The translations under genes and the position numbers were made by a program. The notes beneath the pieces were generated by a model. That model did not search any database, was not told the DNA's origin, and was given only the letters and a program-made list of their open reading frames with translations. DNA of 30,997 nucleotides, from assembly GCA_039798785.1 (NCBI GenBank), contig JBDKFG010000061.1:1-30997 (forward strand), in the 5' to 3' direction. Origin of the DNA: Verrucomicrobiota bacterium. Lineage in GTDB: Bacteria; Verrucomicrobiota; Lentisphaeria; Lentisphaerales; Lentisphaeraceae. Shown piece by piece: positions 16,272 to 25,719 of this stretch. How positions within the stretch are numbered: the stretch's first letter is position 1; each line of letters begins with the position of its first letter.

Positions 16272-18656
16272 TCAGGCCTGGCTTTTTCCCGTCTGGATTC
16301 CCGGAGCGGCGGGGGCTTGCTTGCTGCGCTCCCAGTCTTGATGATGGCGCTCGTAGAGCCTGTGGAAGGCGGCGCGGTGTTTTCTCGGCAGCTTCTTCAA
16401 TCCCTTCTGCAGCACTCCCTGGGCAAGCTCTCGGTCCTTGAGCTCGACCAGAGCGATCTCGAGAAGGTGGCTCCAGATCTCTTCGTCGCGAGGGAACTGG
16501 CGGCTGAGCTCGGCGAAACGGCCGAAAGCCTCCTGGTAGCGGCGCTCCTGGCGGAGCTTGACGGCGCTGGCGATCAGGGGGCGCATCTCGCCGTGACGGA
16601 GGACGCGGCGGAAGAAGGCGTGGATCGGCATGAAGGCGAATTCAAGGACGGTGACGAACAGGGGGCGGAGCAGCGGCGCCATGATCATCACGGCGCCGGT
16701 GATCAGAAGGATGCCGAGCGATTTCCGGAGGTCGCTGCCGGCGAACTGGGGCCAGGCCAGGAAGGCCAGGAATGATGCGCAAGGAAGGCGCCAGACCAGC
16801 CCAGAGATCAGCTTCATCAGCTCGCTGCGGCGGCGCTCGGATTCGGCCTGGCGCTCGAGCTCGGGGTCGAGGGATTCGCCGCCGCCGCCTCCCAGCGCCT
16901 GGCAATAACGCTGCAGGCGCAGGCGCTCGGCAGGCACCTCGATCCGACGCAGGCCTTCCGCCACGATCTCCTTCGCTGCTTCGGGACGTTTCAAGTCGAT
17001 GAGGGCGATCCGCACCGCGAGCAGCCAGGTCGCCAGCACTTGCGGATGACTGCCGCAGAGGACGCGAGCTTCGGTCAGGGCGCCCTCCGGGTCGCCGCGG
17101 AAGCGGCGCGATTCGACCGGGCCGATCAAGGGACAGGGCCCTTCCTCGCGCCTTCCCGTCCCGTACAGATCCGGCATCAGGTCGACGGCGAGCGAGACGA
17201 CGATGCGGGCGAGTGGAATGAAGAAGGGGATGGCGATGAAGATCATCCCCGTCAGGACGCCGATCAGGAGTCCGAGAGCCGCAAGTGCCAGGCAGAAGGG
17301 CAGCTTGATGGCGAATGAAATCCACAGCCAATGGGGGCTGCAGCGGAGCGACTGCCAGAAGCCGATGCGACGTTCCTCCCGGTCGTCGCGCCGCTTCAGG
17401 CTCGGCATAGCCAAGGGCGCCGTCAAGGCCTCAGGCTCGGGGGCGGCTGCCGGCGCCCGGGGCTGGACGCTGCGGCCTGGGTTCGGGTGGGAAGCGATCT
17501 TCACCTCGATCGCCCCTGTCTGAGGACGGGCGGCCTCCTCGAGATGGCGCAGCTTCGCCGCCGCGATCCTTTCGATGCCGTCGTAGAGGAAGGGGCGGAC
17601 CTTGAGGCGCGCCGCCTCCGCCAGAACCTCTTCGATGATCTCCCGGCGTCCGCTCGCCGCGGCGGCCTCGATGGCGAGCATCCAGGCTTCTTCGTGCTGG
17701 GGAAGTCGGCGGGCGTTCTGGATCGCCAGCTGCAAGCCCTCCATCGGCCGTCCCTGTTGCATTTCGTGGCGGGCCTGGGCGAGCAAAGGCGAGACCTGCC
17801 CGTGCCGGAGCTTCGACACGATCCAGGGGCCGAGCGGAGCGGCGGCGGCACTGACCTTGTGGCGGGCGAGATCGCGGATGGGCCCGAGGATCAGCCAGAT
17901 CGACAGGATGGCGAAGAGGCACTGCAGGACAAGCAGCAGGATGAGCAGGCCTTGCGAGGAGCTGTCCCAGGCGTGCCGGGCGCATGCATGGGTCATGGCG
18001 GAGGTGATGGCGGCGAGGACGAGGCGGAGGCCGTTGCGACGGAACAGGCCGCCCCACGAGCCTTCGTAGGCGCGGCGGGCGTCGGTCTCCGCCGCTGCCC
18101 GCGACAGCTGCACCTGGAGGTGGGCCGGACATTCCTCGATGCCGGCATGGCCGAGGAAGATCTTGAGGAGTCCCTGGCGCTGCGGGCCGGCAAGGCGCTC
18201 CCAGGCCGAGATCAGCACGGTCTCGCCGAGACTGCGATCGCGAAGATGCTTGACGGCCATGACGATCAGCCGCTCCCACAAGCCGGGATCGTCGGGGAAG
18301 CGCCTCAGGTTGTCCTGCCCCAGCTTCCAGGCCTCCTCCAGCCGCCCCTGCTTGACCAGGGCGTCCAGGGTGTCGAAGAGCGGGGTCTCGGTGGCTTCTC
18401 CGCCGCGGAAGTGGGTCGAGCAGGGAACCAGCAGGTCGACGCCGAGGGATGCGTAGGCCTCGCTGATTCTGGCGGAGAGGCAGAATGCGGTGGCTCCGGC
18501 GCAGCCGACGAAGATGTAGAAGGCGTGTAGCGCCCCTTCACTGAGGGCGATGACGAGGAAGGCCAGGCCGATCAGGGCGGCCGCGGTCCCCCAGCCGAGG
18601 AGCTTGCGGCGGCGCGCCTGCTGCCAGCGCTGCTGGTATTTTGATGTCGCGTCCAT
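16272..18656 (-). CDS. Membrane protein with four tandem [TM hairpin + TPR-like] modules
   Basis: GGAGG RBS. Four hydrophobic hairpins, each followed by a PL..(G/R)...EA......P....W......(L)(K/R) helical unit. Confidence 0.8.
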   Translation of the reverse strand: MDATSKYQQRWQQARRRKLLGWGTAAALIGLAFLVIALSEGALHAFYIFVGCAGATAFCLSARISEAYASLGVDLLVPCSTHFRGGEATETPLFDTLDALVKQGRLEEAWKLGQDNLRRFPDDPGLWERLIVMAVKHLRDRSLGETVLISAWERLAGPQRQGLLKIFLGHAGIEECPAHLQVQLSRAAAETDARRAYEGSWGGLFRRNGLRLVLAAITSAMTHACARHAWDSSSQGLLILLLVLQCLFAILSIWLILGPIRDLARHKVSAAAAPLGPWIVSKLRHGQVSPLLAQARHEMQQGRPMEGLQLAIQNARRLPQHEEAWMLAIEAAAASGRREIIEEVLAEAARLKVRPFLYDGIERIAAAKLRHLEEAARPQTGAIEVKIASHPNPGRSVQPRAPAAAPEPEALTAPLAMPSLKRRDDREERRIGFWQSLRCSPHWLWISFAIKLPFCLALAALGLLIGVLTGMIFIAIPFFIPLARIVVSLAVDLMPDLYGTGRREEGPCPLIGPVESRRFRGDPEGALTEARVLCGSHPQVLATWLLAVRIALIDLKRPEAAKEIVAEGLRRIEVPAERLRLQRYCQALGGGGGESLDPELERQAESERRRSELMKLISGLVWRLPCASFLAFLAWPQFAGSDLRKSLGILLITGAVMIMAPLLRPLFVTVLEFAFMPIHAFFRRVLRHGEMRPLIASAVKLRQERRYQEAFGRFAELSRQFPRDEEIWSHLLEIALVELKDRELAQGVLQKGLKKLPRKHRAAFHRLYERHHQDWERSKQAPAAPGIQTGKSQA

Positions 18657-18872
18657 GCCTCCATGTTGCGCCGGGAAGGAGCCAAAAACAAGCCCCCCGA
18701 GCCGATTTTTTTCGATTGCGGATTTATGGCATTCCTCGGCCGGTCATCAGCTTTGCGCTTCAGGCAGGGACCTGCTCCGAGCTTGCGAGCTTGTACAAGG
18801 ACCTTGCAATCTCCTGCCACTGCCCTAGATTGGCGCATCTCATCGATCCCGAAAAAATTGAGGCATGAAAAC

Positions 18873-19307
18873 ATGAAAACCGTCGTCGCCCTCGCCCTCA
18901 GCGCCCTGCTCATGGGCTCCTGCTCCTCCAGCTCGGACAAGCACAGCCAGAAGTCCGGCCAGCAGCCCTCGGAGTATTCCTTCACCCGAGCCGGCTACTT
19001 CGGCAATGCCGATGTGCCCCAGAAGGTCGCCTTCCAGCATATCAAGGACGTCTTCACCGAGCAGGGGGAAGTCCTCTCCAACGATCTGGTCAACTGCTTC
19101 CTCGTGGTCAAGACCTTCAAGTCCGATGAAAAGGGCGAGAGCCCGGTCGCTGGCGAAGCGATGATCCGTTTCATCGCCCTCACCGAGCGTTCCTGCCGCT
19201 ACGAAGTCAGCTCGCGCAACGGTGTCGGCTATCCCAACAAGGCCACCGCCACCACCGTCCAGTCGATCGTCGCTCTCGAACTGAAGAAGCTCGAAACCGG
19301 CCGCTGA
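18873..19307 (+). CDS. Hypothetical lipoprotein
   Basis: MKTVVALALSALLMGS-C lipobox and host-like codon usage. TGATG coupling with the GT2 gene. Confidence 0.8.
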   Translation: MKTVVALALSALLMGSCSSSSDKHSQKSGQQPSEYSFTRAGYFGNADVPQKVAFQHIKDVFTEQGEVLSNDLVNCFLVVKTFKSDEKGESPVAGEAMIRFIALTERSCRYEVSSRNGVGYPNKATATTVQSIVALELKKLETGR

Positions 19308-20038
19308 TGCCGCCGCGCTTCGCCGTCGTAATCCCCGCATTCAATGAGGAGCGATGGCTGTCGGCGACGCTGAATTCCGTGATAGCCGCCCGTGATGCCT
19401 CAGGCGTCGCGGGCGAAATCATTGTCGTCGACAACAATTCCTCCGATGCCACTCGCCGCGTCGCGCTCGCCTTCCCCGGGGTCCGTCTGGTCTTCGAACC
19501 GTTGAACCAGATCTCCCGGGCTCGCAATGCCGGTGCCGCGGCGGCCGAGGCGGAATGGCTGCTCTTCCTTGATGCGGATACTCTGTTGCCGCCGCAAACC
19601 CTCGCCGCCGCCCTGGCGGAGCTGGGTCGCGGCGACTTCTGCGGCGGAGCCGCCACGGTCGCCTATGCCGATCCTGAGGTGGCCGGCATCTTCGGCCGCG
19701 GCCTGCTGCGATGCTGGAATGCCGCGGCTCATTTCCGCCGCCTTTCGGCCGGCGCCTTCATCTTCTGCCACCGCGCCGACTGGGCCCGCTGCGGCGGTTT
19801 CTCCAAGGCGGTATTCGCCGGTGAAGACGTCCTCTTCGGCCAGGCCTTGAGCCGCCTCGGCAAGCCTCGCGGCGCACGCTTCGTCGTCCTGCAAGAAGCG
19901 GTACTAACGTCGGCTCGCAAGCTGCAATGGTTCGGGATCTGGGGCTGCGTCAAGCAGATTCTCATCTGTTTCCTGCCCGGGGCTCTCTTCTCGCGCCGAC
20001 TCCTCTATCTCTGGTATTCCCGGCCCGAGGGGCGCTGA
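19307..20038 (+). CDS. Glycosyltransferase family 2
   Basis: VVIPAFNEE, IIVVDNNSSDAT, ARNAG, LFLDAD (DxD), GGF, GED and TSARK. Confidence 0.92.
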   Translation: MPPRFAVVIPAFNEERWLSATLNSVIAARDASGVAGEIIVVDNNSSDATRRVALAFPGVRLVFEPLNQISRARNAGAAAAEAEWLLFLDADTLLPPQTLAAALAELGRGDFCGGAATVAYADPEVAGIFGRGLLRCWNAAAHFRRLSAGAFIFCHRADWARCGGFSKAVFAGEDVLFGQALSRLGKPRGARFVVLQEAVLTSARKLQWFGIWGCVKQILICFLPGALFSRRLLYLWYSRPEGR

Positions 20039-20150
20039 TCCTGGCGAAGCCCCTCCGGGTGAGGGCGCTTATCGAAAAATCTTCGCCAGGGCTATCTGCC
20101 TTTGCCGGGCGGCGTTATCTTGCCTCCAGCAAGCAGCGGAGAGGTGCCCC

Positions 20151-23100
20151 ATGTCCGAGCGATTCTCTTTGAACGAAGGTATTTCCACCTACGAGAATTT
20201 CGGTGACTTGACCGGCGCCTTGCCGGCGGACCGCCTCTACCGAGCCGGGCTCTACCACGGGCGCCACGGAGAGCTCGAGCTCTCCAGCGACGGCGCCTGG
20301 ATCTTCCGTCCGGGGCAGCACGCGCCGGTCAGCAATCTCCGCCCGGGAGCGAGTCTCAGCGAGCAGCTGATGATCGCCGACGCCGACGGCAATGTGGCCG
20401 TCCTCACCCTCGCATTCACCGGCGCGGCGCGAGCCTCCTCGGAAGCCGTCTTGCGGGAGGATCTCGACGCCGACAGCAAAGGCAGGCTTGTCGCCAGCGG
20501 CGAGCTCGAGGCCGGCAGCTACGTCGCCGCCAAGGGGACGAGCCCTCTGCTCAAAGGCAGCTTCAGCGTCGACGCCGCCGGCCTGTGGAGCTGGAGCCTC
20601 GATGGCAGGACTTCCAAGATCCAGTCACTCGCCGCCGGCCAGACCCTGGTCGACAGCTTCAGCGTCAAACTCGCATCAGGCAGCACCGATACGGTCAGCC
20701 TCCTCATCGAGGGGCGGAATGACGCCGCCGTGATCAAAACCCCGAGCCTCGGCAGGCTCGCCGAAGACCGTTCAGTGAAAATCTCTTCAGACTATGGCTT
20801 CGAAGCCGGCACTTCCGCCTTGATCACCAGCGGCAGCTTGAGTGTCAGCGACGCCGATCTCGGAGAGGCGAGGCTCCTCGGCTTCGGTCCCAGCCCGGTC
20901 TACGTCGAAGCCGAACTCGGCGTCTTCAAGCTCAGCACCAGCGGCAGCAAGTTCCTCTGGTCCTACGCCGTCAGGAACAGCGATGTCCAGGCGCTCAATT
21001 CCGGCGAATCGATTGCCGACAGCATCCTCGTCCGCTCCTTCGACGCCTCCGCCTCGAGCATCCTCACGGTCGTCATCAGCGGCGCCAATGAAGCCGACAA
21101 GCCCGACGCCACCTTCTCCGGCGATTTGACCGGCAGCGTCACCGAGGACGCCGATGTCGCCAATGGTTTTCTCCTCGCTTCCGGAAGCGTCTCGGTCAAC
21201 GACCTCGATGAAGCCGAGGACGGGTTCCGGCAGCAGAGTCTCAAAGGCAGATACGGCAGCCTCGCCGTCGATGCCGAAGGGAACTGGACCTACGCAGCCG
21301 ACGCCTACGGATCTTCCCTGCAAAGACTCAAAGAGGCATCCACTCTCAGCGACAGCTTCACCTTGCGTAGCCTCGACGGCAGCAGCGTCAAGTTGGTGAT
21401 GCGCCTGCACGGCGCCAGCAACGACACCCTAGGCGGCCTCTCCGGGAGCGTCGACGAGGATCGCGCCGGCACCCTCAAGGGCCAGCTCGTCCACCTCGAC
21501 ACCGGCAAGGCCATCGCCGCAGTTGCCGCCGAATACTCCGGGCTTTACGGGCGACTGAAGATCGACGCCAAGGGAGCCTGGTCCTGGACCTTGAGCGCCG
21601 AAGAGGAGATCCAGTCGGTCGCCGAAGGGGAAAGCGTCACCGATAGCTTCGTCGTCAGCACCTTGGAAGGGGATAAGTTCATCGATATCGTCATCCGCGG
21701 CGATGACGACGCGGCTTTGATCACCGGAGAACTGAGCTTGAGCGTCGCCGCCGACGACACTCTCTCCTCCAGCCTCGGAGTCGTCGATGTCGACAGCGAG
21801 TCTCCCGATTTCACCGCCGGCCAGAGCAGTGGCCTTTTCGGCGAATTCGAGATCCTGGCCGACGGCAGCTGGAGCTATGCCCCCGGGGCAGGCTCGATTT
21901 CCCTCCGTGATGGAGAGACGGCGGTCGATAGCTTCGCCGTCAGCGCCGGCGAAGCCAGTGCGACTTTGTCGATCAAGCTCTTCGGCGTCAATGACTTCGC
22001 CTCCATCGATGGCGAACTCGGCGGCCAGCTCACCGCCTGGTCGCAGCAGACGCAGGCCAGTGGCAGCGTCACGGTCAGCGATCCGGACAGCGGCGAATCT
22101 CTGGTCCTCGCCGCCCAGATCGCCGGCGACTACGGCAGCTTCTCGATCAACGCCGCCGGGCTCTGGGTCTACACTCTCAACACTCAGCTTTACTCTGTCA
22201 AGTCCCTGCCTGTCGGTCAGAGCCTTGACGAGGAGTTTACCATCGTCAGCTTCGACAGCAGCGCCACCCAGACGGTCAGCGTCAGCATCGCCGGCGCCTA
22301 CGATGGCAGCCAGACCCTCGACACCCCCAACAGCGCGCCGGTGCTGAACTGGAAACCCTTCATCGTCGGCCCCGACCAGAACCTCTTCCTCAGCTCCGCG
22401 CATCTCGCGGCTGAGGATGTCGACGCGGCTGATGACGCGGCTCACCTGGTCTACACATGGGCCTCCGACAACGATTCCGGCATCACTTTCCTGAAAAACA
22501 CCGTCGCGGTCAGCAGCTTCACCCAGGAGGACGTCGATCTGGGCAGGATCAGCATTCAGGCGGGCCGCAGCGACACACGCTACGTCCAGATGACTGTCAC
22601 CGACGGCAGCGGCGCCGCGATCCACCGCGACATCAGTTTCTTCGAAGCCGGCGCCCTGTCCCAGCCTGATTCCTGGACCGATAGCGATCCTTCTAACGGC
22701 ATCACTCTTAAGTATTTCTTTCTCACCGGGGTGCCTGCTTATTACACCGGATCGGACAAGACCAAGGTCAGCAATGGCTTCACCGCCTTCACCCAGGCCG
22801 AGAAGGATGCGGCACTCTCGGTCATGGCTCAGGTCGAATCCTTAACCGGCATAGATTTCGTCGAAGCCTCCAGTCTGAGTGATTCGCAGATCGCCTATGG
22901 CAACTGCGAGTCGAGCGACGGCGCCGCCGCCTTCGCCTATTTCCCTCCCAGTGACCGGACGCAGAAGAGCAGCATGGACGGGGATTTCTGGTTCGATGTC
23001 ACCCCCAGCGACGCTCTTGGCAATCCGATTGACCTTGATCTCACTCCAGGCTCCTACAGCTATTCAGTCTTCCTCCACGAGCTCGGCCACGCTCTCGGGC

Positions 23101-24050
23101 TGCCTCACCCCTACGATGACAGCGGCGTGGCCCCCGAATCCGACAGCCGCTACAGCCTGATGTCCTACAACGACCACCCCAATGCCGATGTCGTCAGCTC
23201 CGTCGGCGACAGCATCTCCTGGGAGCCTGCAGCCCCCTCCGGCTTCATGATCCACGACATCGCCCGCTTGCAGCAGCTCTACGGCGCCGACAGCGGCACC
23301 CGCAGCGGCGACACCGTTTACACCGCCGCCGAGCTCTTCAATCAGCTGATCACCATCTATGACGCCGGGGGAGAGGATAGCTTCGATCTTTCCAGCCTTG
23401 ATCAAGCGGTCGTCCTCGATCTCCGGGAGGGCCGCCTCAGCAGCATCTGGGACGACGACTTCCCCGCCTGGGCCTTCGAGGGCGATAACAGCATTCCCGA
23501 AGCGCTTGATCCCGGCACGGAGACCCTCGGCATCGCCTTCGGCACGGTGATCGAGAACGCCGTCGGAACCGCCTTTGATGACTTCATCACCGGCAACTCC
23601 GCCGCCAATCACATCCAAGCGGGCGATGGCAAGGACCAGATCGACGGCCAAGGCGGCGCCGATAGCCTTGATGCAGGAGGAGGCGATGATCTCATCCTGC
23701 TGGACGATGCTGGTTTCCTCAGTCTCGACGGCGGCTTGGGCGACGACCGCGTCGCCTGGCACGGCGCCTTCTGGCACCTGGGCTCGAATGTCAGTGGCAT
23801 CGAGACCTTTGACCTCCTCGGCGATACCGCCGCCCAGACCCTGCGCCTTGGCGCCGCCACCGAGGGCCTCCTCAGCGGTGCGGTCACCCGGATCATGGGG
23901 GACGAGCACGATACTTTGATCCTCGACTCCTTCTCATGGACGCGCAGCGCCCTCTCCTCCGAAGTTTTCGAGGCTGCCGTCTACGATACCTGGGAGAACC
24001 CCGACTGGGGAGCCACCCTTATGGTCGCGCAGCAGGTCCTGGTGGTGTAA
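20151..24050 (+). CDS. Secreted VCBS-repeat/cadherin-like/serralysin (M10B) zinc metalloprotease with RTX repeats
   Basis: About 7 VCBS-type repeats (G.YG.L.V...G.W.Y), a cadherin/CSPG-like unit (FTQEDVDLGRI), HELGHALGLPH (23076-23108), Met-turn SLMSY, IYDAGGEDSFD, IENAVG..DD.ITGN and GG.G.D repeats. No signal peptide. Confidence 0.9.
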   Translation: MSERFSLNEGISTYENFGDLTGALPADRLYRAGLYHGRHGELELSSDGAWIFRPGQHAPVSNLRPGASLSEQLMIADADGNVAVLTLAFTGAARASSEAVLREDLDADSKGRLVASGELEAGSYVAAKGTSPLLKGSFSVDAAGLWSWSLDGRTSKIQSLAAGQTLVDSFSVKLASGSTDTVSLLIEGRNDAAVIKTPSLGRLAEDRSVKISSDYGFEAGTSALITSGSLSVSDADLGEARLLGFGPSPVYVEAELGVFKLSTSGSKFLWSYAVRNSDVQALNSGESIADSILVRSFDASASSILTVVISGANEADKPDATFSGDLTGSVTEDADVANGFLLASGSVSVNDLDEAEDGFRQQSLKGRYGSLAVDAEGNWTYAADAYGSSLQRLKEASTLSDSFTLRSLDGSSVKLVMRLHGASNDTLGGLSGSVDEDRAGTLKGQLVHLDTGKAIAAVAAEYSGLYGRLKIDAKGAWSWTLSAEEEIQSVAEGESVTDSFVVSTLEGDKFIDIVIRGDDDAALITGELSLSVAADDTLSSSLGVVDVDSESPDFTAGQSSGLFGEFEILADGSWSYAPGAGSISLRDGETAVDSFAVSAGEASATLSIKLFGVNDFASIDGELGGQLTAWSQQTQASGSVTVSDPDSGESLVLAAQIAGDYGSFSINAAGLWVYTLNTQLYSVKSLPVGQSLDEEFTIVSFDSSATQTVSVSIAGAYDGSQTLDTPNSAPVLNWKPFIVGPDQNLFLSSAHLAAEDVDAADDAAHLVYTWASDNDSGITFLKNTVAVSSFTQEDVDLGRISIQAGRSDTRYVQMTVTDGSGAAIHRDISFFEAGALSQPDSWTDSDPSNGITLKYFFLTGVPAYYTGSDKTKVSNGFTAFTQAEKDAALSVMAQVESLTGIDFVEASSLSDSQIAYGNCESSDGAAAFAYFPPSDRTQKSSMDGDFWFDVTPSDALGNPIDLDLTPGSYSYSVFLHELGHALGLPHPYDDSGVAPESDSRYSLMSYNDHPNADVVSSVGDSISWEPAAPSGFMIHDIARLQQLYGADSGTRSGDTVYTAAELFNQLITIYDAGGEDSFDLSSLDQAVVLDLREGRLSSIWDDDFPAWAFEGDNSIPEALDPGTETLGIAFGTVIENAVGTAFDDFITGNSAANHIQAGDGKDQIDGQGGADSLDAGGGDDLILLDDAGFLSLDGGLGDDRVAWHGAFWHLGSNVSGIETFDLLGDTAAQTLRLGAATEGLLSGAVTRIMGDEHDTLILDSFSWTRSALSSEVFEAAVYDTWENPDWGATLMVAQQVLVV

Positions 24051-24139
24051 TTCGCCGGCGCTCCAGCCGGCGGCTCTGCCAATTTGGCGACTCGGGACTA
24101 TCTTGGGCGGTCACAAACCAGCCTAGCGAGGAATCCCTT

Positions 24140-25252
24140 ATGCAGCGTCGTCAGCTCCCCCCCTGGTCGCAGTTCCAGCAATTCAGTCCGTCCGAAAAAA
24201 GCGCCTCCTGGTCGCAGGGAGACGGCCGTCTCTGGCACTGCCTGCACGCCCAGCAGTTCGACCGCAAATTCCTCGACGGCTTGTATGAGTTGACCAACAT
24301 CATCCGTTCTCTCTCCAAGGCTCGCGCCGGCTCGCTCTTCCTGCAGTCGCTGCTGCCGCACAAGCGCGCCATGCTCTATTTCATGCAGCCTTCGACCCGC
24401 ACCTACCTGTCCTTCAAGACCGCCTGCGAGATCCTCGGCATCCGCACCTCCGATGTGCGCGACGCATCGACCTCCTCGGAAGTCAAGGGCGAGACCTTCG
24501 AGGACACCATCCGTACCTTCTCCTCCTATTTCGAATTCATCATCATGCGCCATTCAGGCGAAGGCATGGCCGAGCTCGCCGCCCATTGTCTCGACAGCTC
24601 CGAACGATCGGTCCCGGTGCTCAACGCCGGCTCAGGCAAGGACCAGCACCCGACCCAGGCGCTGCTCGATGTCTACACTCTTCGCCGCTCCTTCGAATCC
24701 TGCGGCGGTCTCGAAGGCAAAACCATTCTCTTCGCCGGCGACCTCCTGCGCGGCCGCACCGTGCGCTCCCTCGCCCGACTCCTCACCCTCTTCCCCGGCG
24801 TCAAAATCGTCTTCGCTTCGCCCGAGAAGTTCCGCATGAAGGACGACGTCCTGGCGATTCTCCGCGCCAGCGGCACCTCTTATGTCGAGACCACCGACTT
24901 CCTCGGTCACCTGAAAGACGCCGACGCCATCTATATGACCCGCGTTCAGGACGAGCACGACAACAAGGACGGCACCAAGTCGGAGCGCTCCTTCCCGGAA
25001 TTCTCCCTCCGCGCCGAACATCTCGACATCCTCAAGCCGCATTGCGCCATCATGCATCCGCTCCCCCGCCGCGACGAACTGGCAATGGAGATCGACAACA
25101 ATCCGCGCGCCAAGTACTGGCGCCAGGAGCGCAACGGCATGTGGACCCGCGCCGCCCTCATCGCCCACATCTCCGGCGTCGATCGCGAGATCTTCGCCTA
25201 CTGGAACGAGCTCTGCCGCCAGGCTCACCACGCGGCGGAAACGAAGCGCTGA
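24140..25252 (+). CDS. pyrB: Aspartate carbamoyltransferase catalytic subunit
   Basis: PSTRTYLSF, SSEVKGE, MRH, NAGSGKDQHPTQALLD, GDLLRGRTVRSL, YMTRVQDE and MHPLPR. GAGG RBS before ATG 24140. Confidence 0.93.
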   Translation: MQRRQLPPWSQFQQFSPSEKSASWSQGDGRLWHCLHAQQFDRKFLDGLYELTNIIRSLSKARAGSLFLQSLLPHKRAMLYFMQPSTRTYLSFKTACEILGIRTSDVRDASTSSEVKGETFEDTIRTFSSYFEFIIMRHSGEGMAELAAHCLDSSERSVPVLNAGSGKDQHPTQALLDVYTLRRSFESCGGLEGKTILFAGDLLRGRTVRSLARLLTLFPGVKIVFASPEKFRMKDDVLAILRASGTSYVETTDFLGHLKDADAIYMTRVQDEHDNKDGTKSERSFPEFSLRAEHLDILKPHCAIMHPLPRRDELAMEIDNNPRAKYWRQERNGMWTRAALIAHISGVDREIFAYWNELCRQAHHAAETKR

Positions 25253-25323
25253 AACCTCATCCCCCTGCTTTGCCTCTTGCTCAGTCGCGGCTAACTTGTC
25301 CGCCGCATCATCCGGAGAAAATC

Positions 25324-25617
25324 ATGAGTCAGAATTTCGACGTCCGCCACTTCGCTCACCTGGCCCGCCTCGCCGTGGACGAAAAAGATATCCCCGCCTT
25401 CCAATCGCAGATGGGCTCCATCCTCGACCTCTTCAACCAGCTCGGCGAACTCGACCTGAAAGACGTGCCGCCCACCTACGCAGCCGTCCAGTTGGTCAAT
25501 GTCATCCGCCCCGACGTTCCCGCGCCCTCCCTGCCGCGCGACGAGATCCTCGCCCGCTTCCCCCGCCACGAAGAAGGCCAGCTGCGGGTTCCGCAAATGA
25601 TCGGCGGCGACGAATAA
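25324..25617 (+). CDS. gatC: Asp/Glu-tRNA(Asn/Gln) amidotransferase subunit C
   Basis: VRHFAHLARL, ILDLFNQLGELD..DVPPT, NVIRPD and RVP. 97 aa, directly upstream of gatA. Confidence 0.92.
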   Translation: MSQNFDVRHFAHLARLAVDEKDIPAFQSQMGSILDLFNQLGELDLKDVPPTYAAVQLVNVIRPDVPAPSLPRDEILARFPRHEEGQLRVPQMIGGDE

Positions 25618-25625
25618 TCCTTAAC

Positions 25626-25699
25626 AGGGAGTGAGGGGGAAGGGAGTGAGGGAGTTCAGCTCTCGCCCTTCAACCTTTCAGCCTTTCAACTTTCAACCT
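25626..25699. repeat. Two blocks of short tandem repeats (AGGGAGTG-like x4; TTCAACCT-like x4)
   Basis: AGGGAGTG AGGGGGA AGGGAGTG AGGGAGTT (25626-25656) and TTCAACCT TTCAGCCT TTCAACT TTCAACCT (25669-25699). Confidence 0.8.
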
Positions 25700-25719
25700 C
25701 TTTATCCCGGTCCCACGTT

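Noticed and set aside
23936..25617. Extended pyrB start (23936) and 343-aa ORF 24586..25617 as a long GatC
   Set aside because: Both extensions overlap upstream genes in other frames and are low-complexity Arg/Pro-rich. RBS-supported starts are at 24140 and 25324.
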